A stretch of DNA of 64,000 bases, taken from the NCBI GenBank assembly GCA_004764695.1, contig SMSO01000032.1, forward strand, positions 7,596,483 through 7,660,482, given 5' to 3'. The position numbers and the translations under genes were made by a program. Each line of letters starts with the position of its first letter. Within the stretch, counting starts at the first letter, position 1. This DNA is from Schizochytrium sp. TIO01 (lineage: Eukaryota > Protista > Bigyra: Labyrinthulomycetes). The notes under the pieces were generated by a model. That model was given only the letters and a program-made list of their open reading frames with translations. It did not search any database and was not told the origin of the DNA. This document shows positions 11,715 through 23,074 of this stretch, in pieces.

Positions 11715-14700
11715 CTAGTTAACAGAAACATCAAGCATCGCGACACCTGCTGTTGTAAACGTCAGCACCATTGAGTAGACATTCCCATTCTCAGATGAAC
11801 GGCCTTCTGGAGTAGAAAAGATGACGTGGCTGATTGCCCCAGCCAAACACGGATGGTCAAATGGTCCATAGCTTTCGAAAGAATCCAACACAACTTTTGG
11901 AGTTTGCGCAGAATTCTCCCTCTGGTTAGAAAAAGGAGCTTCAAGAAGTACAATTGCCGGGTCTTGCGCCATGGCACAGACAAGAAGAGAACTGCTTCCA
12001 GGCCGCTCTAGTAATTCACCTTGTACAAGCACGTCTGTGCTCCCCTCTGATGCGCCTCCGGAGGACCCCATTTGATGAAGGAACAGCTCCTCACCAGAGT
12101 CAATTGACCAAGCACCAACTTGGCCATCTCGGCTCCAAGCATAGGCTGTATCTCTCGCATCATTTAAATGCATAGCGACACACGGACCTGGAAATTCTTT
12201 CACAATTCGCAAAGGTTGACCCCAAACAAGGTCCCATGTCCGTATAGTACAGTCAGTGCTGTAAGAAATCGCCATTTCCTTCTCACGACTGCCAAGGAAT
12301 TTGACACCAAGCACACCACCCTCATGCCCAGTAAGTGTGCGTATTTCTGCCCCGTCTTCAAGATTCCATGCACCTGCGTATTGTCAAGCAAAACAAAATC
12401 ATAGATTTCAAATGTCCACCATATCGCTGTTAATAACTATATTGACCCATTTCTATATCATTTGTCTTTCGTCATCTTTTCGATCAACAGAAATTAAACT
12501 TACGGATTGTTTTGTCTTGCGAGGCAGAAAGAATGATTTCCTCAACATTGACAGTTGCAATGCCTCCAATTTTGGAGAACGCTGTTATGCCGTCTGTGTG
12601 GCCTCTAAGCCGCATGCAAAGCTTTCCAGTATCAAGATCCCATAAGTGAATGAACTTATCCCGCCCACCTGAGAAAAGACGGTGACCAGAACACAAACGT
12701 AGCGTATCTACGCGAGAAATATGCGCACCCAAGGTGTAAAGTTTGTGCCAAGTATGTCTATTCCAGACAAGTACTGTTTGGTCATTACTCCCGCTAACAA
12801 CAAAATCCTTATCAGCACAAATGGCGTTCACCTGAGCAGTATGCCCAGAAAGTTTTGTGGACAATAAGCCAGTGCAGCCATCAAACGCATAAACAAGGCC
12901 AGTGTTACACCCATAGAAACGATGCTCTGGAGTCACATAAAGTGCTGTCACAGTAGAACGCATAAAGTGATCTTCAGCCTCCGCCTCGAGCATATCTTGT
13001 AGCTTTTCCTTTTCATCATTCGAAGACTCATAAGATGGTGCGGGACTCTCACTTAATCGGTAATTGTTATTGTTATTGTTGTTGGTACTCGGCCGCTCGG
13101 CAACAATTTCTTTCGAATGATCTTCGCCGAGCGATCCAGCTTTGATGAAATTTGCATCGCTGTCACGCAGAACGCCATCATCAGTTTGAGTATCCTGCGT
13201 CTGTTCTTCTGGCGTTTCTTCGCCCTGGACATTTAGATGTGGGATTTCTGCACCTGGAACCTCAAGTCCTTCAACATCCCACCACAAGACAGATTTATCG
13301 TCGCTCACGCTCAAAAATGCAAGGCCGTCTCTTCCGGCGGCCTCGGTACCACAAAATTGATCATCGATACGCATTAACGCATTTATTGCGTCAGCATGAC
13401 CAGCCAAGTTGGTGACTAATTCACCAGCACCCGAATCAGGGTCCACTCTCCACACCTTGAGTGTCCGGTCAGCCGAAGCAGATACAAGAAAGTCACCCCA
13501 CGTTGTTAGTGCTCGAATCTCACCATGGTGAGCCGAAAGAATGCAAAGTGGCACAGCCTCCAATCCTTCGGCAGGAGTAGGGAGACCCCAGATGCGAACC
13601 GTATGATCTGCAGAGCCAGTGACTACACGAAGATTATCATTTCCTTCTAGGAAGTGGATAGATGTGACGTTGTTTTCATGCCCACGAAGCACGATAGCGG
13701 AATCTTTTCCCATTGGTGTCGCTTCTGAAGTATTGAGATCTAATGGAAGGTCTTTCCATACGTAGCCGAGGCCATCATCTGCGCAACTGGCAACATTAAT
13801 CATGCAGGATTCATAACTATGGTGAAGGTCAACCCCAAGGACCCAACCATCGTGAACTTGAGAAAGTTCATACAGTACTTTGCAATCAGGAATTGTCCAG
13901 ATCAACACCGTGCCATCATCCGAACCAGAAACAACCACACTATTGCGACTACGTAGAGCTCGGACAGAGTCTTTATGATGCGAAAATGTTTTCATTTCTT
14001 CAAAGACAGCCGGAGGCTCCTTAATGCGCCAAAGCTTGCATGTTGTATCCATAGAAGCAGAGATAAGAAGACCGTGTGTTCGCGATGATTGCAGACCATG
14101 GACTGCCCAGCCTGGATGCGCATCTATGCTTGATACAATATGGCCTGTTTCAGAATTGATAGCTGCAAGAATGCCTTTTGAGCCAGTGCATGCAAACAAG
14201 TGGGGTTGCTGAAGACCAGCGACAGCTTGCAAAAAACCTAAGTCAAGGCCTTTGAACCGGTGCAACAGAGGGTCCATTGCACTCGCTAGAACAGGCCAGC
14301 GAGCGATAGGCCCTCCATTCTGTTTGGCTAAGAGTTTGCGAAGGGAACTAAGGTTGTGCACAAAGTTGTGAAAGTAGCGATCAGCAATACGTATAGTTGA
14401 CAACTTGTTCCACAATAGTTCACTAGCAAGTTGTTTACGTTGGGCAGGGTCCGCTTTCAGGATTGCAGACCTGGAAGTACGCACAGCGCGTGAAATTGCA
14501 CAAACGCACTTGGGGTTTTCTTCTTCGGCAAGGGCAAGATCCTTATCGATAAGACTTCGAAATGTCTCGTCATCTTCCACCAACATCTTTGCCAGTACCC
14601 AATTGACATTCACTGTAAGAAAGTATACTTGGGATTGGCGTCTTGCCTTCTGCATATGCAAGGCGAAGTTGTGAAAAACGTATGGGACGGGATTGACCCA

Positions 14701-15213
14701 AGGCCGGCCTCCAGAGCGAAGAAAAACACCGTCTACAAAGCTCGCTTGCATTGCCTCTAGTTCTTCAGCTGAGTACGCACAACGCATGGACGCTACAAAC
14801 GTACTATCAAGAGAAGTCCATTCTTGGGGGGGTGGGGGGCCATAGATTTCTGCAAGGATGGCACACTCCTCGGACGACGGAAGACTTTCATTTTCAATAA
14901 AAATGGCCATTTTCTTCCACTCCAAACTCCATAGACCGCTCGTTTTGATCTCACCATCAGCATTCTCCTGTTCGTCTTCTAGCTCTCCTGCAACGACCAC
15001 TGCACGGCTGATATCTGTTTGTCTAGAATCAACTCTGCTTCTGATACTAGTTCTTGACGTCTGAGTAACGTCGATACCCTCAAGATGCTGCTGCAAGGTT
15101 TGCATGACCTCATCGAGATCCGAGTCATCTTCTACAAGGACCACCACGCGAGCAAACGTACTCAACAAGTTCTTAATTTGGTCGATATCAAGATCCACAA
15201 TGACGTGTGGCAT
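11715..15213 (-). CDS. WD40-repeat protein with an APAF-1/NACHT-like helical region; two exons (15213-12504 and 12373-11715)
   Basis: Many GH...WD repeats. A GT-AG intron at 12503-12374 (GTAAGT...TTGAC...GCAG, 130 nt) joins SASQDKTI-R-AWNLEDGAEIRTLTGHEGGVLGV, which restores a complete WD repeat. The first ATG is at 15213. Confidence 0.88.
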
Positions 15214-16955
15214 TCTTTCGTTCCGCAGCACCAAATTTCGTTTTTGAAAAGTCCACAAAACTATAAACCCCACAAAACTGCGAGATTTTCCCCGTGCTTG
15301 ACGATTTCCTCAGGTTGCCCCAAAACAGGGTATCCAGAAGTTGGACGTGGGCCTAAGGTCTCGCCTTCCAGTTCAAACCCGTTAGTCTACTGCTGCTTTC
15401 CTGGCCTCGAGTTGATCGCTTTCCCTCAAAACCGATGACACCTCACCAGGACCTCGGGACGCTTGCGTTCAATCAACTAAAAGTCTCGACTGATGTTCTT
15501 CACGATCAACAACGAGGTACTGCTCTTTCCCTCGCTCTGCTCCAGCGCAGCAAGAACACGACTGCAGTCTTCAGATGGCAAAGTAGTGCCACTGTCAGAG
15601 GTACTGGCTGGTGCAGGAAAGATCTGCAAAAGGTACTACAGTGTCTGCAAATGCGAATGAGAATGAGATTAAATAGAATTTGTGAAGGATAAAATTAATT
15701 GCTAAGAGTCATGGCGAAAAGCGCTAAGACAGCAAAACTAAAAAAGAAGAGTAAAGCGGAATTAATGAGCCTTGCTGAACGGACTCTTTTCGTATTTGTA
15801 ATAATACATATGTATCTAGTACCCACTATCGGTTTCTCAGTGTTACTGCCCAACAGGTCACAAGGGCAAATGATTCCCTAGAAGCGTTCTGGACAAAGGC
15901 GTGCGTGCAGCTGTGGATGTCGTCATTATAGTGCAGGGATGGGGTGGGGACATTGGTTGATTGAAGAAGTTCATCATGTCATGTAAAAATACTACTTTTG
16001 ATCGCTAGGCTGGAATTACATTGAAAATAAATGCTCCAAGGCTGTAGAGATTATCGCTTTGTTAGATTGGACCAGGCAGGAAATGCGCAAAATGAGATTT
16101 GTGAAGACAACTCATTGGTATGCTGACAACGAGATTTGCTCATCAAATACAATATATAGGTCTCAGTTCTGAATAAGCGTTCATTCGATATTAAAGCTTT
16201 TGTGGCCAAGTAAGGCTTATGATGACTTATATAAGAATGACCTGCTGTCCTACATTGCTAAAAACGAATCTTGTTTGGTTTTGATTATAGAACCTAAGTC
16301 ACTTTATATCTTTCTTTTGCATAATGCTACTACTCTGCATCAAGTGGGGGTTTCGGGATTGGATCTAAAATCTAATCTGATTACCTAATGGCATATGAAA
16401 TCAATGATTTAGCATGGTAGTGTTTAAGTTCGGTAGATATTGCTATCCGAATGGTGCATACCTGAATTAAAGAATATTTATAATGCTAGAAATTATGCCT
16501 TCGATTCTTAGAATGCGCCAAGGCAACCATATTGTACATAAAAAGAAATAAAATAGTATCTGCCTAGTTCATAGACATTTAGAACGATATTGAAAGCACC
16601 ATTATAGAAATGACAATATGCGCTCGCCGTATGTTTCCACAAATGTTTACGCTATCATGCCAGATAATCCCGCTCAAATCAAAGTTTCGTATCTATATCG
16701 CAAGAATTAACCAGTCAGTCCCCCAATGTGTTTGTCTCGACTTTTTGCAGCCTCTCAGAATCTCTTCTCATCCAAAATAGAGAATTTATCTAAATAGAGA
16801 GCCACTTTGGCGCGTGGTTGCGTTTGACCAGCCTTAAGAATGGTTATTTTTAACTAACTGTACCATTGCTAATCAATTTTCAATATTTATGTTCATCGTT
16901 AGAACAAACCAAACCTGAATGAGGGAACGCCAGCGCCTGCAATAATCTCACCACG

Positions 16956-19604
16956 ATGGACCACGGCGCCGCCTCGAGAGCCCTCGGGCAGCTCGTGACA
17001 GGACCGAGGCTAGGAACGGGTGCGGAGAGCGAGCTATCGAGGCTCCGTGATCGCACTCGAGCCCTCGAGAGCGAACTAGAGGATGCGAGGAGCGCTATTA
17101 AAGCCTCGTTTGGCAAAGAGCTGAGGTCCATAGAGCGCGTTTTTGAAATGAGGAAAGTAATGCATCGCATTCGAGATGATGTCGAGTCCTGTATTGCATG
17201 GAGCACAAAGTTGCGACTTGGAGGTGCATGTATACATGGAGCTGACAAAGGTAAACACTGCGAGATCTGTATGGCAGAATTCGGACGATTGCAAGGTCCG
17301 CATGTTCAAGAACCAGACGGACTCGAGGTTGGCGAGATGCTGTTTCGCTCCTTGTCAGCTTTGAAACGCCGCAAGGTAGCCGATACAGCTGGCAAAGATC
17401 TAGGCCTTTCAAGTTCAGTGTTGTATCAACACCTTGACCGTATCAATACGACATTGAAAGATTTGGATCAACTTCTTAAGGAGCGCAGCGAAGAGTATAA
17501 GTATCTTCTCGAGATCTTCGATGAGTTGTGCAAAGTTACACCGGGAGCTAAACATGCTTTGAAAAGGGAGAATGCCAAGGAGAAACGGAGTCAGCAATAT
17601 GGGCAAGAGAATGACTCGCCACGTGATGATCGTAAAATCACAGAAGTTAAGAAGCGAAAAGTCTTAAATAAGGAAATAAGCATCCAGCCTCCAGGTAGCT
17701 CGTCTTCTAATTCAGATCTCATTAAGCAGAGACAAACAGAGCTTGACCAAAAAAAATTAGGCAGTCCAGTACCAATTTCAGGCGATATTTCTCACGACAG
17801 CATATCTATTGGTCATGACCAAGCCTCATCTAACCGCTGTCGCACTAACAAAAGTATCCCTCGTGTCCATATTATAAGTATGGACTTCGGCATTTTCCCG
17901 CTCTCGTTTGCTGTTTTCAATCCAGCACATTTTGATGGTGACAAAAAGGCAGGCAAATATCATGTTGAGCTTGCTCTTGGTCCTCGAAAGAAGCGTATAC
18001 GGATCTTCCCAGCAACTAGACTTAATGCCGTCAAAAGAGCTGCCACACAAGCACTGTCAAGCGTAATGAACCGTCCTTTGGAGATAGTGAATGTGCAGCA
18101 GAGAACAAATGATAATCAACTGATACGCCGAGCTGATTCGGATACGATTGAGATGCTTGCAAGAGACGCTGGTCCTGAAGGTGCGGAGATCAACCTTTAC
18201 GCAGAAGTTCAGCCAGACTCCACAAAACCTGCAAGGGAGCAGAAACGCAGCTTTCTTGAATCAAGTATGCAAATGATGACGCAGCGAGCACAATGGGCAC
18301 AACAGCTTAAGGAGGAAATTAACATAAACATATGTTTACCTCCCGCTGTTGAGGCTGCCTTCAAGAGTGGTATGACAGACTTGAGTGCTTTGCACTTGAG
18401 TTCAGCAGATGTCTCTATGGTTTTACCACTTTTGTTCGCAGCAGATACAAAGCTTCGATCTTTGGACTTGAGTATGAACAAAATATCTGAATGTAGGACA
18501 AGAATAGCCAAAGCTTTGCCTTGCTTTAGTTCTTTGCGTGAAATCGACCTTTCTGGAACAGATCAACCACCTTCTGCGCTCGCGGACTGCATTAATGCGC
18601 TTCCATCTCAGCTTACGAAGGTGAGCTTGGCCAACCTCCCAATCTTTGGAGGAGATACTTGCCCTGGATACGCTTTAATCAAAGCATTAAATCGTTTGGA
18701 GTACCTGCGCTCACTTAACATTGATGATTCTATGGAAGCTGCAAAGGATTCTAGTACCTCTGATCTTCAAAATGTTCTCCAAAGCTTCGCAGCGGTGTTG
18801 ACCAAAGCTCCAAAGCTCGAGGAATTCTCAATGGCTGGGTGTCATTTCTCGCAGCAAACCTACTTTAGATATATACTTTCAGGTGCCTTGAGTAACCCTG
18901 GTATGCGAAAAATTTCCATGGCATATTCTCAAGGCGGGCCTGAACATTCCCCTGGGTCTGCCTGGTCATTAACCCTCGCCTCATGCATTGAAGCAGAGAC
19001 TTCACAGCTGACGCATCTACGGCTTGCCCATTGTGATGGTTTTTTCAATTCTGCTGAAGATGTTCGATGTATTATTAGAAATTGCAAGCAAATGGATGTC
19101 CTTGATTTCTCTTATTGCGGCCTAGATGCCTCCAGTGGAGAGGTCATTCTCAAAGCCCCTCATTTGGCTCGAAAATTGAATCTAAACGGAAACCCTCGTA
19201 TCTGCTCGATGTCCATTCACGAGCAATTCGCCTCTACTATCGTATGCGGAAGTTGGATCGAAGTGCGGCTAGCAGGGATTGATTTGCATAACTGGAAGCG
19301 GTTCATCGAACTTTTAGTTACGTCGAACACCTCGCTTCAAGTGCGGAGACTTGAAATTGGCGCATCTTCAACATCACTTCTTGAATCCACTAGTTTGGAG
19401 GACCTTGTACAGTGTTCCAAGCTTGAATTTTTGCGTGTAAACTCTGCTCACCGTATTGTGAAGAACTTTGTTACAGAAATTGATTGCGATGGAATACCTG
19501 CTCCTTCATTCGAGTCTGGTGGCCGTTCTTCTGGCACTGGATTGCTTGGCTACACGTGGAATGGGGGCAAAAAATCTGTCTTAGATATTTGCTACTCGGT
19601 GTAA
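16956..19604 (+). CDS. Coiled-coil plus RNI-like leucine-rich-repeat protein (possibly Tonsoku-like C-terminal architecture)
   Basis: 882-aa ORF with LRR motifs LRSLDLSMNKI, LREIDLSGT, LTHLRLAHC and LNLNGNP, an N-terminal coiled coil and a possible ubiquitin-like middle segment. Confidence 0.75.
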   Translation: MDHGAASRALGQLVTGPRLGTGAESELSRLRDRTRALESELEDARSAIKASFGKELRSIERVFEMRKVMHRIRDDVESCIAWSTKLRLGGACIHGADKGKHCEICMAEFGRLQGPHVQEPDGLEVGEMLFRSLSALKRRKVADTAGKDLGLSSSVLYQHLDRINTTLKDLDQLLKERSEEYKYLLEIFDELCKVTPGAKHALKRENAKEKRSQQYGQENDSPRDDRKITEVKKRKVLNKEISIQPPGSSSSNSDLIKQRQTELDQKKLGSPVPISGDISHDSISIGHDQASSNRCRTNKSIPRVHIISMDFGIFPLSFAVFNPAHFDGDKKAGKYHVELALGPRKKRIRIFPATRLNAVKRAATQALSSVMNRPLEIVNVQQRTNDNQLIRRADSDTIEMLARDAGPEGAEINLYAEVQPDSTKPAREQKRSFLESSMQMMTQRAQWAQQLKEEININICLPPAVEAAFKSGMTDLSALHLSSADVSMVLPLLFAADTKLRSLDLSMNKISECRTRIAKALPCFSSLREIDLSGTDQPPSALADCINALPSQLTKVSLANLPIFGGDTCPGYALIKALNRLEYLRSLNIDDSMEAAKDSSTSDLQNVLQSFAAVLTKAPKLEEFSMAGCHFSQQTYFRYILSGALSNPGMRKISMAYSQGGPEHSPGSAWSLTLASCIEAETSQLTHLRLAHCDGFFNSAEDVRCIIRNCKQMDVLDFSYCGLDASSGEVILKAPHLARKLNLNGNPRICSMSIHEQFASTIVCGSWIEVRLAGIDLHNWKRFIELLVTSNTSLQVRRLEIGASSTSLLESTSLEDLVQCSKLEFLRVNSAHRIVKNFVTEIDCDGIPAPSFESGGRSSGTGLLGYTWNGGKKSVLDICYSV

Positions 19605-19839
19605 ACAAAGTATGAGCAACAAGACAATCTAAATGATGGAGTGAAGAGAGGAGAAGACTTTATTTTAATTGAGAGATTGTGAGAAAGACTTCTTCTTTCG
19701 TACAATAAGGAAAGTTGAAAGAGCTAAATGATGAATTTATAGTGAGCTAGTAATTGATTTTTCTAAAGGAATAATGGATGAGGAGCTAGCCGCATTTTTA
19801 CAAACCAGAGTCTTGCTTCAATGGTGAGGAATATCCACT

Positions 19840-20925
19840 TTACTTCTTGTCAAAGGTGGACATGTCCATGACGAAGCGGTAGCGTACATCAGCCTTCTCC
19901 AGACGCTCATAGGCCTTGTTGACATAGTCAGTTGAGACGACCTCCACTTCAGGGAGAACGTTATGCTCACCACAGAAGTCAATCATCTCCTGAAGCTCCT
20001 TCATACCACCGATCAAGCTACCGGCAAAAATGAGGCGCTTGAAAGCGAGAAGCATGGGAACCACCTCGAGAGGCTCTGGAGAAAGACCCACAAGGACAAG
20101 CTTGCCGTCAGAGTTCAGGAGCTTCAAAAAGCTGTTGACATCGTGCTTGGCCGAAATGGTATCAATAATGAAGTCGAAAGTACCGCTCTCCTTGCCAAGG
20201 GCATCCTCGTCTGTTGAGTCAAGGTACTTGTGAGCCCCGAGCTCAAGAGCATCATCCTTCTTCTTTGTACCGCGGGAAAGGACTGTGACTTCAGCGCCAA
20301 AAGCAATTCCAAACTTCACAGCCATGTGGCCAAGGCCTCCGAGTCCGGCAACGCCAAGCTTCATACCCTTCTCAAGGCCGTAATGACGAAGCGGCGAATA
20401 GGTGGTAATGCCAGCGCATAAAAGGGGGGCGCAAGCGGAGAGGTCAAGGTTCTCCGGGATACTTACAACATAGCGCTCGTTCACAACGATTGAGGCGGAG
20501 TATCCACCTTGGGTTTGCTCACCAAGGCACGGGGAGTGTTTGTACTTCATCTTGGCGCCGTAGGTAGCGACAAAGCCTGACTTACAGAGATGCTCATTGC
20601 CCTCCTTACACTTTTCGCACTCGCGGCAGGAGTCCACGAAGTTACCGACACCAACGCGGTCGCCCTCCTTGAACTTCTTCACATCTTTTCCGACGCTCTT
20701 AACCACGCCAACCATTTCATGGCCAGGGCACAACGGAAAGGAGTCAGAATTGTCTCCCCAGTCTCCACCGACCTGGTGCTTGTCGCTAGCGCAGATTCCA
20801 GAGTACTTGATTTCGACCTCAACATCATCAGGGTGGACCTCGCGACGCTCAATGTCCATGGGTTCGAGAGGGCCGCCCTGCTTCTTGGCGCAGAGGGCAT
20901 GGACCTTATGCGTGTGCTCACCCAT
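19840..20925 (-). CDS. Zn-dependent NADP(H) alcohol dehydrogenase (cinnamyl-ADH/AdhC/YahK-like, MDR family)
   Basis: GIC-x-SD, GHE-x-x-G, structural Zn cluster CRECEKCKEGNEHLC, PLLCAGITTYSPL, GLGGLGHM and DVRYRFV. Confidence 0.95.
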   Translation of the reverse strand: MGEHTHKVHALCAKKQGGPLEPMDIERREVHPDDVEVEIKYSGICASDKHQVGGDWGDNSDSFPLCPGHEMVGVVKSVGKDVKKFKEGDRVGVGNFVDSCRECEKCKEGNEHLCKSGFVATYGAKMKYKHSPCLGEQTQGGYSASIVVNERYVVSIPENLDLSACAPLLCAGITTYSPLRHYGLEKGMKLGVAGLGGLGHMAVKFGIAFGAEVTVLSRGTKKKDDALELGAHKYLDSTDEDALGKESGTFDFIIDTISAKHDVNSFLKLLNSDGKLVLVGLSPEPLEVVPMLLAFKRLIFAGSLIGGMKELQEMIDFCGEHNVLPEVEVVSTDYVNKAYERLEKADVRYRFVMDMSTFDKK

Positions 20926-23074
20926 CTTGTTGACTTTTTTAATGCTCTTCTTGCTCTTCTTGGTATGACTTTAGCGTTTTGGTTTTGTTTGTTTCGGGTT
21001 TGCTGATGTCGCGACTCCCTAAAACCAAAGACTGACGTTCGCTTGGGTCGCTCGTTCCCTTCCTGGCTTGCCTAATTCGACTATAGATTTGACTTGTTTC
21101 TGATAGCAGACTGCTCCTGAGTCTGTGCTGTTTCATATTGAAGACCCCCATAACACTTAATTGTCAGATATGGCATCATCATCATTTCTAATATCACGGT
21201 CTGTATCTTCTGTCGTTCAACGCTGTGCATCACCTTCCCCGTACGCTGTGCATCACGATGAACGAGGAGTTCAGCCTGAGGAATGAATGCATTAGCCGTA
21301 GCTCCCTCCATGCGAATGCTGTTCCATATCCCTGGTTCAAGACTGTGCAAGAGACTTTGGACCAAGTATGGAAAACAAAGCAAACCACGGCAGGCACAGT
21401 GGTGTCTCCCTGCGACTGCGAGCTACAGCAGAAAATTGGCCATTCGAGAGCATGGATCGCGTTTAGTATGCAAGAAACGAATCAGGTAGAGCTTCACATC
21501 TTGATTTTCGACCTTTTGTAAGAATGCCCACACAAAAGCCCAAGTCTTCAGGCTGTCTAAGCTTAAGCGCTTGCTGGAATAGAAAACTGTTGAATGTTGG
21601 ATTATTTCTTTTGATTTAAGTTCCGCCAAGCTTCATTGAATTGAATATTGTGTTTGTGGAGCTATTCTCCGCGGCCATGGACATCTTCAGTGAGAGATAA
21701 GGATCGTCGTGATGTATTCATTTTTTGTTTTCAAGTTATTTTACTTTTATTCTCTTTGCATTCTTTATTCTTTCAAATCAAAGTTGATATACATACATTT
21801 TTTATTTTTATTTTATTTTAATTATCTTTTTTGATTGAAAAATGAACTATATTAATTTTAAAAGGGACATCTAGTATTGTGACTGACTACCTATGACTAT
21901 AATTTATAAAGATATACTATATTTATAAAAGAAATGAAAAAACATCATGCGCGCGTATGCCACTTCAAGACAGTTTCGCGAAGGGTGGTTCTTTCGCATG
22001 ACTTCGTATTTCAGTAGCTGACTCATAGAAGCTTTCAGATTGGAGGAGTTAATTTTTCTCGACAGACTTAGCGCTACATTGGACTTCACCGGTACCAAAG
22101 TACCCTTTAGCGGCAACAAGCACAGCCTCAGTTGTCTTGGGAGTGGCTCACTCGCTTCCGATTTCATACTAAATTTTTATAAGAAAAAAGTTTTTAGTTT
22201 GGTTTTTGGTCCTCTTTGACTTGTAGGGGGAAATGAACATGGGTGTTGCGACAGCTCACCTGCAGTTAATGAGCATATGATAAGCGTGGAATGATTGAGG
22301 AGAAAATATATACGTTCTGAAATAAAACAATACAAAACGTTTCTGTATTTTATCTGTACTGGGCTTCATTATAATGATTATAATGAACTACTTAAACTAA
22401 TATTGCTTAGCTCGGGCTTTGTCGAACAAGGCCAATTCTATCATTGATAAAAGCTTATTCAAGTAGACTACTTGAATGCGTTTTGGGGCCTATTCTGCTC
22501 TACCGTACCTCGGCGGTGCTACCTGCAGGTTTACAAAGTCATCCTCAGTAAGAATCTACTTTCTGTAGTTCTGTTTTTTACAGCTTTGGAATCTTGCAGG
22601 AAGTCACCTAAAAACACGACACCAAGAAACTTTCTCTGTATGCAGATCTGGAGGATCATTTACCTCTCCTGAAGCTCAAATCCTCAAGCTGAGGACCGCA
22701 CATGCGGAGACTTTCTCCGTCGCTAGAGAGCTCCAACATTTGCAAATATCAATTTATTAAGAAGTTCGCTGATATTCACCCTGCGATGGCCGCGTATCAA
22801 GCAAGAGTCGGCTTGCAAGAACCTTGAAAGATCGCAAAGGTTGACGAACTTCTAAAGAACTAGCGTGCCTTGCTTGGTAGCTGTTGAACCGTGAATGTAC
22901 TGTCAACACTAATTTCAAACAAACCTAACTTGATCATACTGATTTCAGGTTCCGATGTCATAAAAATATGCGCATTCTTGCCTCCAAGCCAGTTAGTCAG
23001 GTAGCCAGTGAATGATTCTTTTAGAAGGAGAGAAGAGAGTTAATCATCATACGTATTTTAAATTGTTTTAAAGA

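Noticed and set aside
11715-12314. Separate 199-aa ORF
   Set aside because: It is exon 2 of the WD40 gene, joined via the 12503-12374 intron.
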